DNA of 64,000 bases from the human T2T-CHM13v2.0 reference genome, Homo sapiens, in NCBI RefSeq assembly GCF_009914755.1, contig NC_060945.1; one strand, given 5' to 3'. Position 1 is the first letter of the stretch. Every line of letters begins with the position of its first letter. The notes beneath the pieces were generated by a model. It ran no database searches. It saw only the letters and a list, made by a program, of their open reading frames with translations, and had not been told where the DNA came from. Below, piece after piece: positions 46,482 to 60,974 of the stretch. The position numbers and the translations under genes were made by a program.

Positions 46482-48542
46482 TGATATGGTTTCGATTTGT
46501 GTTCCCACCCAAGTATCATGTCAAATTGTAATACGCAATGTTGGAGGAGGGCGCTGGTAGGAGGTAACTGGATCATGGGAGCAAACTTCCCCCCTTGCTG
46601 TTCTCATGATAGTGAATCTCACAAAATCTGGTTGTTTAAAAGTGTGTAACACCTCCCCCTTCTCTCACCATGTAAGATGTGCCTGCTCCCCCTTCACCTT
46701 CTGTCATGATTGTAAGTTTTCTGAGGCCTCCCCAGCTATGCTTCCTATACAGCCTGTGGAACTGTGACCCAATCTCAGGTAGTTCTTTATAGCAATGCAA
46801 GAACCAATACAGAAAATCAGTACTGGGAATGGGGCATTGCTATAAAGATACCTGAAAATGTGGAAGCGACTTTGTAACAGGATAATGCGCAGAGGTTGGA
46901 ACAGTTTGGAGGGCTCAGAAGAAGATAGGATGATAATGGAAACTTCGGAACTTCCTAGACACTTGTTAAATTGTTGTGCCTAAAATGCTGACAGTGATAT
47001 GGACAATGAAGTCCAGTAGTAGGTAGTCTCAGATGGAGATGATAAATTTATTGGGAACTGGGGTAAAGGTCACTCTTGCTATGCTTTACCAAAGAGACTG
47101 GTGGCATTATACCCCGGTCAAGGGATCTGTGGACCTTTGAACTTGAGAGTGATGATTTAGGCTATCTGGTGGAAGAAATTTCTAAGCAGTAAAGTGTTCA
47201 AGATGTGGCCTGGCTGCTTCCAACAGAGTATGGTCATATATGTGAACAAAGAGATGATCTGAAACTGGAACTTATATTTAAAAGGGTATAAGACTTCAGA
47301 AAATTTGCAGCCTGACCATGTGGTAGAAAAGAAAAGCTCATTTTCTGGGGAGGAATTCAAGCCAGCTGCAGTAAAGAGGAGCTAAATAGCCAAAACAATG
47401 GGGAAAATGCCTTGAAGGCATTTCAGAGACCTTTGTTGCAGCCCTTCCCATCACAGGCCCAGAGGCCTAGGAGGAAAGAATGGTTTCATGGCCTGGGCCC
47501 AGGGCCCTGCTGCCCTGCGCAACCTTGAGACACTGCTCATGTCCCAGCCACTTCAGCTCCAGCCATGGCTAAAAGGGCCCAGGATATGTCTCAGGCCTCT
47601 GCTCCAGAGAGTGCAAGCTGTAAGCCTTGGGGGCTTCCACGTGGTGTTAACCCTGCAGGTGTGCAGAGGGCAAGAGTTGAGGCTTGGGAGCCTCTACCTA
47701 GATTTCAGAGGATGTATGGAAATGCCTGGATGTCCAGGCAGAAGTCTGCTGCAGGGGTGGAGCCCTCATGGAGACCATCTACTAAGGCAGTGCAGATGGG
47801 AAATGTGGGGTTGGAGCCCCCACAAAGAGTCCCCATTGTGGCACTGCCTAGTGGAGCTGTGGGAAGAGGGTCACCGTCCTCCAGACTCCAGAATGCTAGG
47901 CTAGATTCACTGACAGCTTTCACTGTGCACCTGGAAAAGCTGCAGGCACATAACCCCAGTTTGTGATGTAACCTCACTGTATCTTGGAAGTAACTAACTT
48001 GTTTTTTAGAGGCTTATAGACAGAAAGGACTTGCTGTCTCTCAGATGAGACTTTGGACTGTGGACTTTTGAGTTAATGCTAAAATGAATTAAGTCTATGA
48101 GGGACTGTTCATAAGGGTGATTGTATTTTGCAATGTGAGGAGGACATGAGATTTGGGAGGGGCCAGGGACAGAATGATATGGTTTGGATTTGTGTCTCCA
48201 CCCAAATCTCAGGTTAAATTGTAATCCCTAATATTGGAGGAGGGGCTTGGTGGGAGGTGATTAGATCACGGGGGCAGACATCTCCCTTGCAGTTCTCATG
48301 ATAGTGACTTCTCACAAGATATGGTTGTTTAAAAGTATGTAGCACCTTCTTCTTCTCTCTCTCTTCCTCCTTCTTTGGCCATTAAGACATTCCTTCACCT
48401 TCTGGTATAATTGTTAAGTTTTCTGCGGCCTCCCCAGCCACGCTTCCTGTACAGCCTGCAGAGCTGTGAGAAGATTAAACCTCTTTCTTCATAAATTACC
48501 CAGTCTCAGGTAGTTCTTTATAGCAGTGTGAGAACTAACACA
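46482..48542 (+). mobile_element. MSTA-type MaLR provirus: LTR (46482-46811), internal region, LTR (48175-48542)
   Basis: Two tgatatggttt LTR copies in direct orientation around MST-int sequence; polypurine tract before the 3' LTR; flanks aaaat/ataat. Confidence 0.85.
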
Positions 48543-49852
48543 ATAATGAAAATGTTGATTTATCAGGATAAATGGAAAATAATTTGTTCAGCCAAATTAA
48601 CATGGTCAAAATTATGAAGGATATTAAGTAAAAGAAATGTTCTCAAAGTAAACAGTAATATAAAAACTTTAAAGTATTTTCTACTGTCTAAAATACTTAA
48701 AGATACTGAAGATCCTCTTTAATATTTGAAGATAGCAGTATAGAAGTATGAATGAAGGAGTATTCCATGTTAATCTTGAAACACTCCTCCCAAATAACAC
48801 AACCAGATTTCCTCAATGTATGGGCTCTAATTTTCAAAACAGAGTAGCAATTATCATTCATTAAGTTCATGGTAGATATTATTCCACCAGTATACGTTTA
48901 GGACAGATATTAAAAATGTCATTAAGTATATTTGTATAGCACTTCAGAAACTGGAAGGTGCTTTTAGTGTCTATTATACTTCATAGTGGCAAATAATCCT
49001 TTATTACATTCCAATATGCTATATAATTTATTTATTCTATTGTCTTTTTCCTCCTCTCATGTAAGCCTCATGATTTTGGGGATTTGTTTATTTTTGCTAA
49101 CTCCATTATCTCTAGCTACTAGAGAATTTCTGACACTTAGTAGTTGCTCAGTTAGTATTTATTGAAGGAATATGTTTAAAATTATGGTGAAATCAACCAC
49201 AGCGCTTTCATTTTGAGATTCAGATTTATGGGTACACACAAATCATTATTTTGCCTTACTGTTGTACAACTCAGACAGTAACAGCAAAGAGCTACCAGAA
49301 ATAAGATACATTAATTGAAAATTATTTATAAACAGCAGACACTGTCCCCTTGTTAAAACGATAAATCCAAAGCTCAGAGTTTAATGGGTTTATTCTCCTT
49401 ATCAAATTCCTAACAGATGGTATGACAAATTGAATTAGAATAATGTAAATTCACTCCAACCAGAACTGTGGTTAACATTTTGATAACTCTGCAACTTTAC
49501 TTAGCTACTTTGATTTCAATCACTCATACATTTTTCATGTCTTGCCTTATTTAAAATTCACATTTAATGCTCATTTCCCATAATATAGTGATTAAATGTA
49601 ACAGCAAAATCACCTTCCAACCTCTAAGTGCTATACAAATATAATTATAGTTTTTAATTTATATTCGGTAATAAACATGGAAAAATTTTTCTTAAGTTTT
49701 AATTTTGAACTGTAAACAGAGGAACAGTATTTCTAAATATGTTCTAAATATTTCTAAAATGTTCTATTGACATAGTTAGTTTAATGCTCCTTATCTTCTA
49801 AAATTCAGAAACTAGGAAGTTCAACATTAATGAACACTTTCTTTTCTCTCAG

Positions 49853-50208
49853 GTTGTCCCAGCATCAGCTATTGAGGCTGATAAGCAAAAGGGAGCTGCT
49901 ATGCAATTTCAGGATTGGTGCCGACATCTTCACCTGTGCTCACACTGTCTGCTTCCACTCACTCATAATCCTGTTCTCTCTCTTGAAAGAAAGGCTAATT
50001 AGGATAAATATGCTAGTCTGCCTTACTTGGATGGTGAAAGAACAGAGAGCAGTGTTAGAATCACTGTTTCATTACCAGCTGACATCTGCATGGTTCTTCT
50101 GGGTAAGGACCAGCAACAAGACTGTCTTGTGTGTGTCCTTTTTCTTCCTAGCTCCTCCCATCTCTCTGATTAACACCAATCCAATAAAAATTTCTCAAAA
50201 CTATATTA
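49853..50208 (+). ncRNA. Candidate terminal exon of an antisense lncRNA within intron 2
   Basis: Strong acceptor CTTTCTTTTCTCTCAG| ending 49852, AATAAA at 50183-50188, and an alternative donor GG|GTAAGG at 50103. Confidence 0.45.
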
Positions 50209-51700
50209 TGTTGGCATATTATTGTTTGTTTAGATTACAATCTATATGGAAATTGCATCACCCCACTCTCTTAGGTCATCAGAAATGAGTATTTTTGGCT
50301 ATTCCACAGAATGTGTATTCATTAAATATCGTGAGTAGAAATTATTTAAAAATTAAGCATGTCTTAGGACCTAAACTTTAGTCCTTGCTTGAATATTCAC
50401 ATTTGTGTAATTCATTTCCAATCTTGCCTAAAAGTTACTTAATAGCTCCTAAATTCCTAAGAGTCCATGTCATTTTCTTTGGAAGCATAAATTTAGGCAC
50501 CTGGACATTTTGGAATCAGAGACCCTTGGTCTCTAACCTTTGTGATTTTTGGAATAGTTACCCAGACTCTCTACTCACTTTCCTTATTCATCAAACTGGG
50601 ATAACACAGAACCTACTTCATATAGTTGTATTAAGAATAAAATTAAAAACTGTATGTAAAGTGTACAATACCTGGTAAATAATATCCAACTATTATTTAG
50701 ATAAGAGACTTACCTAAAAGTATAAATTCCCTAAATATTTACTGAGCATAAGGTGGACTAGTTTCTTCCAACTAGAGGGTGACACTTCACTTCCTCTAAA
50801 GTAGAGATAAATCTATCTTTGTCTTCTTTCTTCACAGGCCATTATTATTTGCATGTAATAAGAAAAATTACACTTTTAGCGTCTATTATACTTCATAAAG
50901 GCAAATAATCGTTTCTGGAGAGGTGATGTCTCTTTATCAGTTTTCCAGTAACAGTTACTGTAAGTTATTTCAACATAAAAACTGTATCTTTGAGAATATT
51001 TTTGATCCAAGTAGTAGAGACTTTCAATCTAGATTTAAGCTGTTTTCATATAGCTGATAAAACATTTCTTTTCATCTCTGTTAGACTATTGGGATAAATG
51101 AACTATGACTCTGAAACAGAAAGTCATTTCTATGTATTCTAATAAATCATTTTAATTTATAATTATGATATTCTTATTAACAGGATATTCTGGGTTATAT
51201 ACTCTGCTTGTTTTCAACTTTAAATCACTGATTTAAAAGAACACATTTTTATCAATGACTTAAAAAGCACTCAAGATCATCATTATGAACATATATATAC
51301 TCCTCTGTTGCAGAGGAAATATCCTCACAACCAAAATTTATGTGTGATCTAAATTTTAAACGCACCCTAGACACCCTAATAAAGTTAGGCAGGAGGAAAA
51401 AAAAATGAGGCTACCATCAATAGGACAGGTATAAAAGTCTGGAAACCAGCTCCTCATATATGGGTTGTTAGTTAAATCACAAGTCTTTACCAGATATTGT
51501 TAGCCTAGTTTCAATGATTTTTCTTTAAAAATATTCTATTATTTAAACTTATCACCAATTAAGCCTACTTTCACTCTCACCCATCCCTACTCCTGTTCAA
51601 ATAAAGTATTACTACCAGAGCCATTTTTAAAGTGTTCAAACTAAATGATATTAAAAGGAAGTTAAGAAAAAAAAATAACCTTGAGCTTTTATTTTCAAGT

Positions 51701-52390
51701 TGCTATGGTGTGAATGTGTCCCTCAAAGTTCATGTTTTGGAAACAATCCTTAAAGCAACAGTGTTGGGAGGTGGGGTCTAATAGGTGATTAGGTAATGAG
51801 GGCTCTGACCAAATGAATGAAGCAATGTCATTATTGTAGGAGTGGGTTAGTTATCTTCAGATAACTTTTGTAAGAAACCACTGTTGGCCGGGCGCGGTGG
51901 CTCACGCCTGTAATCCCAGCACTTCGGGAGGCCGAGGTGGGTGCATCACGAGCTCAGGAGATCGAGACCATCCTGGCTAACACGGTGAAACCCCGTCTCT
52001 ACTAAAACTACAAAAAATTAGCCAGGCATGGTGGTGGGCGCCTGTAGTCCCAGCTACTCAGGAGGCTGAAGCAGGAGAATGGTGTGAACCTGGGAGGCGG
52101 AGCTTGCAGTGAGCCGAGACTGCACCACTGTACTCCAGCCTGGGTGACAGAGCGAGACTCCATCTTGGAAAAAAACAAAAAAAAACAAACAAAAAAAATC
52201 CACTTTTGTTATAAAAGTGAGTTTAGCTCTCTCTTGACTTCCTGCCTTCTGCCATGGGATGATGCAGCATGAAGACCCTTGCCCAAATGCAGGGCCCTCA
52301 ACCGCCAGAACTAAGAAATAAATCTGTGTTCTTTATAAATTACCCAGTCTCAGCTATTCTGTTATAGCAGCTCAAAATAGACTAAGATAA
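51701..52390 (+). mobile_element. MST-family solo LTR split by AluY
   Basis: tgctatggtgtgaatgtgtccctcaaagttcatg start and ataaattacccagtctcag...gactaagata end. Confidence 0.75.
51886..52199 (+). mobile_element. AluY nested in an MST LTR
   Basis: AluY-type residues and A-tail; splits the LTR at 51701-52390. Confidence 0.92.
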
Positions 52391-52970
52391 GTATATTAAA
52401 GATCACCAAGCTAAAGTTCAGAATTCCCATTAGGCTTTATACTTCAAAGTGCAACTTTTAGTTAATACATGATGTTTGCCATTACAGGATGGGAAATGAG
52501 AAAGAGGCTAATGCCAGATTGAATTAGCTCTTTACAGCTTCCTGATCACAAGTGGTGGGGCCCCTTACTTAAGTGGAAAAAAGTTAGTGTCAGAAGCAGG
52601 ACATAGAGGAACAGTTTATGTTCCCTTCGAGTAATAAACAACCAGTTCTAACTTCCAAACCAAATCAAGAATTTCATATTGAGATTCAAATTGGTCCCTG
52701 ACTACTGACCACAAACAGTATATGGTAAAGACACGGAGAATCAAGGAACAGTAAGATTAAACATAGACACTAATTCATCTACGACTTAACCAAGATTACA
52801 GATTTTTCTTGTTGGAAAGATTGCTAAGGAGCTGACTTTGGGTCTCCTTCTAGAATGGTTCTAGAAAGAACTAACTGAAAGTAATCCAAGAGGCTCTACA
52901 CAGAGAGCAGCCAGATACATACTTACTCATCAACTAGCAAGGTCAACTTACACTGAAAACTTTGTTTGGT

Positions 52971-53173
52971 ACAGACTGAATGTCTCTTATCTGAAATACT
53001 TGAGACCAGAACTGTTTCAAATTTCAGATTTTGGAATATTTGTATTATACTTACTGGTTGAGCATTCCAAATAACAAAAATCTGAAATCTGAAATGCTCC
53101 AATGAGCATCTCCTTTGAGCATCATGTAGGTGTTCAAAAAGTTTTAGATTTTTGATTTTGAATGCTCAACCTG
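52971..53173. mobile_element. Tigger4/MER46-like TcMar fossil
   Basis: cag..tga...cttatctgaaat and atgctcaacctg termini; aaatgctccaatgagcat core. Confidence 0.7.
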
Positions 53174-53209
53174 TGTAACAGGAATTGGTCCAATCTTATA
53201 AAAAAGTTT

Positions 53210-53320
53210 TAGCTAGGTGTAAGGTGATACACACCTGTAATCTCAGCTTCCTGGGAGACTGAGGTGGGAGAATTGCTCGAGGTCAGCCTAAGCAACATAG
53301 TGAAACCCTTATTTTAATAA
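53210..53320 (+). mobile_element. Degenerate Alu monomer (FLAM)
   Basis: cacacctgtaatctcagc...gagactgaggtgggagaattgctcgagg. Confidence 0.65.
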
Positions 53321-53799
53321 AATGAAGAAAGGAAAAAAAGCTAAACAAAGCTAAGCTAGCTTAAAAAAAAAAGGTTTTTTTTCCTCTATGGAAAAGAAAG
53401 CAAGCCAATTATAGGAAGAGAGAAATGCTCTAAGAATTATTTGTACACTATTTTGGCACAAGATGAAAACTGATAGTATGAACCAACAGTATTGAAACCC
53501 TGGATCTCTTCCTGCTTAGGTCTCACTTTGGGCTTTGTTACCTTACAGTTGAGTTTCATTACTAGCTCCTGACCACCCTGGGCTGCCTTCCTCTTTGCCA
53601 TTCCTTAGGGAATGGTAGTGAGTTGGTCATTAAATATCTTTAGAGATTTTAGCAATTTGAACTATGATGCATATTAGAGTATTTGATCACTAATATGTAT
53701 GAAAAAGTTCATAGTGTCTTAGGGTCAAGGCTGTAAGTATTTAGGAAGTTTATGCACCTGTCTTCTAATCTGAGAAGCAGACAATTTATTTTAATGGTG

Positions 53800-54220
53800 A
53801 ATTAGTCCATTCTTGCACTGCTATAAAGAAATACCTGAGACAGGGTAATTTATAAAGAAAAGGGGTTTAACTGGCTCACAATTCCGCAGGCTGTACAAGA
53901 AGCATGGTAGCATCAGCCTCTGCGGAGGCCTCAGGGAACTCACAATCAGGGCAGAAGGCAAAGAGGGAGCCAGCACCTCAACTGACTAGAGTAGGAGGAA
54001 GAGAGTGAGGGGGGGAGGTGCTACACACTTTTAAACAACCAGATCTCATGATAACTCACTCACTGACTATCATGAGAACAGCACTGAGGGGATGGTGCTA
54101 ACCCATTCATGTGAATTCCGCCTCCATGATCCGATCACCTAATACCAGTCTCTGCCTAGAACACTGGGGATTACATTTCAACATGAGATTTAGGTGGGGA
54201 CACAGATCCAAACCATATCA
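53800..54220 (-). mobile_element. MSTA solo LTR
   Basis: ttagtccattcttgcactgctataaagaaatacctgagac...cacagatccaaaccatatca. Confidence 0.8.
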
Positions 54221-55021
54221 AATGGTGAAGCATAGGTTAAAAAAAAATCAACCTTGTGAACATTAAAAAATATCTGAGTCCTCAAAGTGTGTTTCTCAGG
54301 TCCTTAAAGCATATCACCTGTGGCTTGGAAGTACATAAAATGTAGGCTCCTCTTTCTTTTTCATTATTGTAAAGTCAGAGAAAAAGCCAACTTAGAGCCA
54401 TGCCCACAGTACAAAATCTGTTCAACAAGATTAGATTGTCTTTTGTTATTTCTTCCTTCCTTTGTCTTCATTTTATAAACGTATGCATGCACACAGCTTT
54501 TAAACAAGAGGCTAATTGATTAGGAAACCAGTGTTGATTTGATGTAAGCAACAATCCAAAAAGTAGAAAATATTATTATTGTTTACTACAAATGTATGGA
54601 CTCAAAACTAGCTTAACTGTTATTATTCCTCAAGAGAATTTATTTTTACTCAGCCTCTTCTCGGAGAAGAGTGCTTTAGACCAAAGCTAGCAATTATAAA
54701 GCTAAGAAATCAGGCAACTGCAATACTACCAAACTACAAAAAATTTACACTAAACTAGTAAAGTTAAATGTCATTTTTAAAAAGCCCCTCTTACATTCTA
54801 GTCTATTGACAGGCATTGTGTTGGGAACTTGGTAGAGGAAAGAAAACTTCAAAAATATTTTAAAAGATTTACCGACAACAAATATACCTTGTTATTTTTC
54901 TAGTATGTAATTATTATTATGACTTTTTTCCCCCACTGATTTCTAAAGACCCGTATACTGATATAAAAACTAAAATTTTGTGCAATTCAAGATCCTCATT
55001 TCCCTCCTCTTTTCTAAAATA

Positions 55022-55316
<295 letters not shown>

Positions 55317-56339
55317 TACAAAAATCTTAAACAAAAAAGTTGTAATACACTAGCTGATCACTGTAGTGAAAATGAAAATGCGTATTTGTGAGAGCTGAGA
55401 AATGACACCAGATAGAGAAGAAATTATTTGACTCTAATTTTTCTTACAAAGATTAAATTGGGATTTTAATATATAAAACCTTGAATATACATAGAATATT
55501 AAACGAAATAGTTCTAATTCAAATTGAGAATTGTCTTTTACACTGAAGGGAACTATGATTTCAAAAACAAAGGACTTATTCCATGCTTACATGCTGAGAT
55601 ATTATCAGAGCTGAAATGTTAAGAGATGGTACCTAAGGTAATATTTGTATATTCTCTATATAATGACTGAGAACCAGTTAAAAGGCTTATTTTAAAAAGC
55701 TAGAAAAGCAATTACGAAAATTTAGGGTTCTGTGGAAAAATTCGATCATGGCATGAACTCCATTAATGATGATTTGCCAGCAAACACTGGTTAGAAAAAG
55801 CTGGCTGAGAGAATAGCAAGGATAACCAATTAGGATTAGAACATCAGCCCTATTGCTATAAAATAACTATTGACAGTAGATCAATGGTATTAAGATCACA
55901 TATACTAGAACCAGACTGCCAGGCTTTAAAGTCCAGGACCAACAGTTATGAGCTGTGTGACTTCAAACTGTATTTCTTAGGTCGCCAAGGTTCAGTTCTA
56001 TCACATTTAAAATAGAAAATGACAGTAGTCATTCCAAAGCTATCTTGAGTTAAATAAGATAATCCACATAAGGGGTTTAGCACAGTGCCTGGCACATAAC
56101 AACAGCTTGCCATCACCACTACAGCAACCCTGGGCAGTCCAACTTTTTGGCTGTTTCCTTAAATGTAAAATACAGGGTTTGGACTAGATAATTTCTAATG
56201 TCTTTACTCATCTAAAATTAAAATTCTACAATGTATCAACAATATACAAGCCAACTCTATTTCCAAAGAACATAAATTTGGATTTTCACCCCAGCATGAT
56301 TTAAGTACTGTAAAAGAAACTTATTTTTAAGATATCCTT

Positions 56340-56470
56340 TTATTTTTATTTAATTTTTTAGAGATGGGGTCTTGCTATGTTGCCCAAACTGGACTTGAAC
56401 TCCTAGGCTCAAGCAATCCTCTCACCTTAACCTCTGGAGTAGCTGAGATTGTAGGAACACACCACTGTTC
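56340..56470 (-). mobile_element. Alu monomer (FLAM)
   Basis: tagagatggggtcttgctatgttgccc...gtagctgagatt. Confidence 0.75.
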
Positions 56471-57535
56471 CTGTTATGTCATCTTTTGAAATTAGCTATA
56501 ATCACTACATTTATTAAAGCTGAAGTTATAGATATTCTATGTAATCCACAAGAAATCCATAATCTTCCATCACATACTGTTTGGTGACCATAATAATTTC
56601 TGAATAACAAGTCCTAACAGGAATTTCAAGGTATATAATCCCCCACTATATTTTTTTAAACAATAAGAACATTTCATACCCCATACTTAGTAAACAGAAA
56701 ATAAAGATCATGAAAAATTTCAAATATATAATACAGAAAAAAGGAAAGAACTATTTTGAAACTGTCCAAAATCTAGAGGTTTAATAAAGTCTCTCTACTG
56801 ATATGTTACAACTCAAAACTCAAATTACAGGCCAAATTTTTTTTGCAGGAATATTAAGGTTTTTTTTAGTATGACTCATAAATATCTAAACCAAAAATCA
56901 ATTGTAATATGACAACACTAACTGCACCAACCCAAATAAATCCTTCCAATAGGGCTTTTTTTTGGGGTTTCTTTTTGGATTTGGAGAATTTTTCTTCATA
57001 TATCTTAGGGACATTATTAAAAAAATTTTAAAAACCTTTTCAGGTTTTAAAAATTACCAACAGTGTGTGTGATCACTGAAAAGAGGTTAATCTAAAAATT
57101 TTAAAGTATTTTTCCAGATAATAAGATCATACTGGTGAGAAAAGAGTTCGGGCTCATCTCACTCAAATACTTGCATAATAGGCTCGAAAGAATAAAAAAA
57201 TTGTTATGTTACTTCTTAATATAAAAAACACACAGGTCTGTTAAAATCTGACAATTCAATAAGCTCTCAAACCAGAAAACACGTTTCCCAGTCAACACTC
57301 ATACTTATTTCTGTATTAGGAAAAATGGGGTTGTTGCAGGGGTCTTTAAAAAAAAAAGATTTCTCTTAAATTCGTAACTCTGTTAACTGCACCTTCATTT
57401 CCAGAAACCTTATCTTTAACAAATCTCTACACTATTCATACTTAGCACAATTTCCAATCATTGAAGATATTTTAGTTTTACCTTACAATCAGTACAAAGC
57501 AGCTGTGTTAAATTCATTCCATAAGATCAAAACTA

Positions 57536-57784
<249 letters not shown>

Positions 57785-58099
57785 TCATTTAAAGCAAAAG
57801 CTCCATCAAACAAGCATCGCCATACTTGCACTCCAACATTGCACTTTTCCTGTGGAAAGACACAAAGCTAGTAAAACTTAAAGCCAGGCCATAGGTGACA
57901 CTATGTCCGTGTCTTTTTTGTCCTATAGTTGATTGGGTTAGTGGCACCTGAAGGAAAGAGATTTGCCGGCATTCTAGTCCTCCTCCTTCGTCCCCCAACC
58001 TCGAATAATCAGAGGGCTTAGCAGCGAGGCCTTTTCAGCTACCAGGTTCTGTCAACCTAGTTAACGCTGTGAGAAACAGGAAAAACGACCTGCACGGGA

Positions 58100-59100
58100 C
58101 ACTGCTTTGCTAACTTCATTGGGGGAACCTCAGATGCGCCTCGCGAACTCGGAGTTGCGAAGCTTCGCATCGAACGGAGATCGGCGGCAGCAAAATGCAC
58201 GTGGGTACCGAATACCCGGGGAGGGCGTCCCGCCGTGTCCGGGGCAACTACACCGAAGGCCGAGCGGCGGCTTCACGGTACCGGCCGGGCACCGCCGGAG
58301 GGGCCCAAGCCGGAGCTGGGAGAGCCGCGGCATCCTGGAGCCCGGCGGGCGGGAGAGTCTCGTCCCATCGCTCCGGGATTCCTCCCAGAGGGAAGAAAGC
58401 GTCCGAGGGCCACGGCGGCCGGTCCGCCCAGCCTCAGCGTCTCGGGGAGCCGGGTCCTGGCCCGGCCTTCGGCGTTGGGGGCGCGCGGCCGCCCCCAGGG
58501 AGTCGCGGACCCAAGTCCGTCTTTCCGTCGGTCTGTCCGTCGGGGCGCCTGGCGCGCAGCAGCGCGAGGGGCCACGGGGCTCGGAACTCGAAGGAGGCGG
58601 AACGATGGGACTGGGGGTCGGGGCTCAGGTGGGATGGGAGCAGGGCTGCGGGGTCTTTACCGTCCGGCTCCGCGGGCCACCACCGCCGTTCCGTGCGGCT
58701 CGGGTTCCTCCACTATTGTTTCCGGCCGCAGCAGAGGCGGCCGCCGCGCGCCTGGCCCCGCCCTCTCCCGCCGGCGCCATCCCGTAAAGGCTGCGGGGAG
58801 GGTGGCGCGGCCGCGGGCACACCTGCGCGCTCGCCGGGCTGCTGTGGGTCCGCCCCTCCGCTCCTGCACCGACGCCGCACCTTCGCCTCGAGTTCTCCTG
58901 TGATCCCGTGTTTCCTGGCCGGAGTTTCTTACCGTTCTCTGGAACGTAGCTCCTCACACACCCCTCCTCGAGGTGCGTAGATAGACGAATCCGTTCCACC
59001 TCTCCCTTCAGCCTAGTGCAAACTACTGCCCCGGGGCGGGGGCCGCAGGCGGCGGGGGTAGGAAAGCCGCGGGTGGATGGCAGAACGGGAGAGGTGCGTG
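58100..59100. promoter_or_regulatory. CpG-island promoter of C21orf91 with GC boxes and an ETS-type CCGGAA motif
   Basis: Abrupt GC- and CpG-rich kilobase in an AT-rich, CpG-depleted background. CCGCCC boxes near 58758 and 58850; tttccgg at 58719-58725. Confidence 0.92.
58661..58740 (-). other. C21orf91: Non-coding exon 1 (5'UTR); 5' boundary approximate
   Basis: Donor GGACG|GTAAAG at 58661/58660 inside the CpG island. No ATG in this exon segment. Confidence 0.8.
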
Positions 59101-60542
59101 GGTGGCACTTTGACTTCAGGAGAAAGAAGCAGAATACTGTCACTGAACTTATAGTTAAGTGCCAGTTGAAGTATCTAACGAAGGAAAAGTTCATATTCAG
59201 GTGTCATGATAGAGGCATAATTTCAAATACAGAATCTTTTCAAATACATTATTTGTTGTGGGGCGCCCCTGCCCCCAATATGGTACATCCCTCAACGCCC
59301 ACGGGAAAAATCCCGAAGCCCCACCTCTTATTTTTAGGTCCTGCTTGGTTCTCAAATTCTTTGCTTGACTTTTGTTTAAGCTATTCTGGTTTTTTTAGGG
59401 TATGGTTCTTGCAGTACTTTCACTTACATTTTCCATTGTAGTCCTCACAGTAACCTACAGAGGAGAAACAGGAACTGTTCTCTCATGTTGCAGCCTACGA
59501 GTAATTGACCCAGGTTATCACAGTTGGTTAGAAAAAGGCTGGGACTTGAACCGAAGGCTACTGACCTAAGATCAATGTTATTTTCTACAGCATCATATGT
59601 ATGTGTTCTGGTTGCACTCACATAGAAAGAGGGCTAGCCTGTCAATCTACATGTAGGCATTCTTGAACTGATGGTTAGGAATGGACTGTCTAGATCTTGG
59701 AAACTTCTGGGCCAAATTAGCACTCCAGTTATGGCATTTGTGCCTCGCAGGAGCGATCTGTGTCCTTGCCACCTAAATTGTAGTAGATGAACAAACAACA
59801 TTGACATTACTTGGTTTCCTGTTAGAAATGTAGAATCTCAGGCCCCACTCGAGATTTCCTAAATCAATACTTGCACTTTAACAAGACCGCCAGGAGATTC
59901 CTATGTTCATCGAAGTTTGAGATGCACTAATTGAAATGAAAAGCCTGTGCTTTTTCTCTTCGAATTTCTCATTCTAGGTAACTACGACTAAGATACCTTG
60001 CATGTTGGATTCTACCCATCTTTTCAATAAAAAGCATTCTTTTAAAAAGGACTCTTTTAAAGTGATTCAATAAAAGTGTTCTAAAATCACTAAAATTTAA
60101 AAATTGAAACAAGTTATTTTCACTTCTCAGAATTGTCTTCCTTCCTATGGCATTTCACATTGTTTACTTGCTATTCTTAAAACTCTTCTCTCTTGTTGTT
60201 GGCTTTTTAAAAAAAATCAAGGAATAATTTACAGAAATAAAATGCTTCCATTTTAAAAGCATTATTTGATGAGTTTTGGCAAATACATACACTTGAGTAA
60301 CCACCACCCCAGTGAGGATACAGAACATTTCCACAGCCCCGACATTTCTTTCTGTTCCTTTCTGGTCAAGCTCCTTCAACATGGGATCTAATTTATATGA
60401 CGAAGTGTTTTAGTTTTGTCTGTTATAGGAATTCATATACATAGAATTAAGCAGTGTGTGTTCATTTGTGATTGGCTATTGTCATGCAGCATGTTTTTGA
60501 GATTCACGATGGTATTTTGTAACAGTGGTTTCTTTTCACTGC

Positions 60543-60970
60543 TCGTCTTAGTCAGTTTGTGTTCCTATAAAGGAATACCCAAGGCTGGATAATTTATATA
60601 GAAAACAGGTTTATTTGGCTCATGGTTCTGGAGGCTGTACAAGAAGCATGGTGCCAGCATCTGTTTCTGGTGATGGCCTCAGGCTGATTCCATTCATGAT
60701 AGGAGGCAAAGGAGAGCCAGTATGTGCAGAGATCATGTGGCCTGAGAGTGAGCAAGAGAGAGAGGGGAGGAAATTCCAAGCTTGCTCTCTCTTTATTTAT
60801 TTTTTATTTTTTATTTTATTTTATTTAAAAACGAGTTCCACTGGGAATTAAGAGTGGGAATTGATTCACACCCTAGAGAATGGCACCAAGCCATTCATCA
60901 GGGATCCATAACTAAGCTCCAACCCCTTGCTCTCCACTCCCCAACCAAGCTTCACCTCCAACGCTGGGGA
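60543..60970 (-). mobile_element. MSTB-like LTR, preceded by an old L1M fragment (~60210-60540)
   Basis: gtcttagtc...ggctcatggttctggaggctgtacaagaagcatggtgccagcatctg. Confidence 0.75.
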
Positions 60971-60974
60971 TCAG

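Noticed and set aside
47488-47977. 133-138 aa ORFs
   Set aside because: MaLR internal-region remnants.
49830-50288. 152-aa plus-strand ORF
   Set aside because: It starts upstream of the acceptor, has non-coding-like composition and no recognisable homology; treated as a non-coding exon candidate instead.
58107-59441. Several overlapping 100-261 aa ORFs on both strands
   Set aside because: These are R/G/A/P-rich products of a GC-rich CpG island where stop codons are rare, with no recognisable domains.
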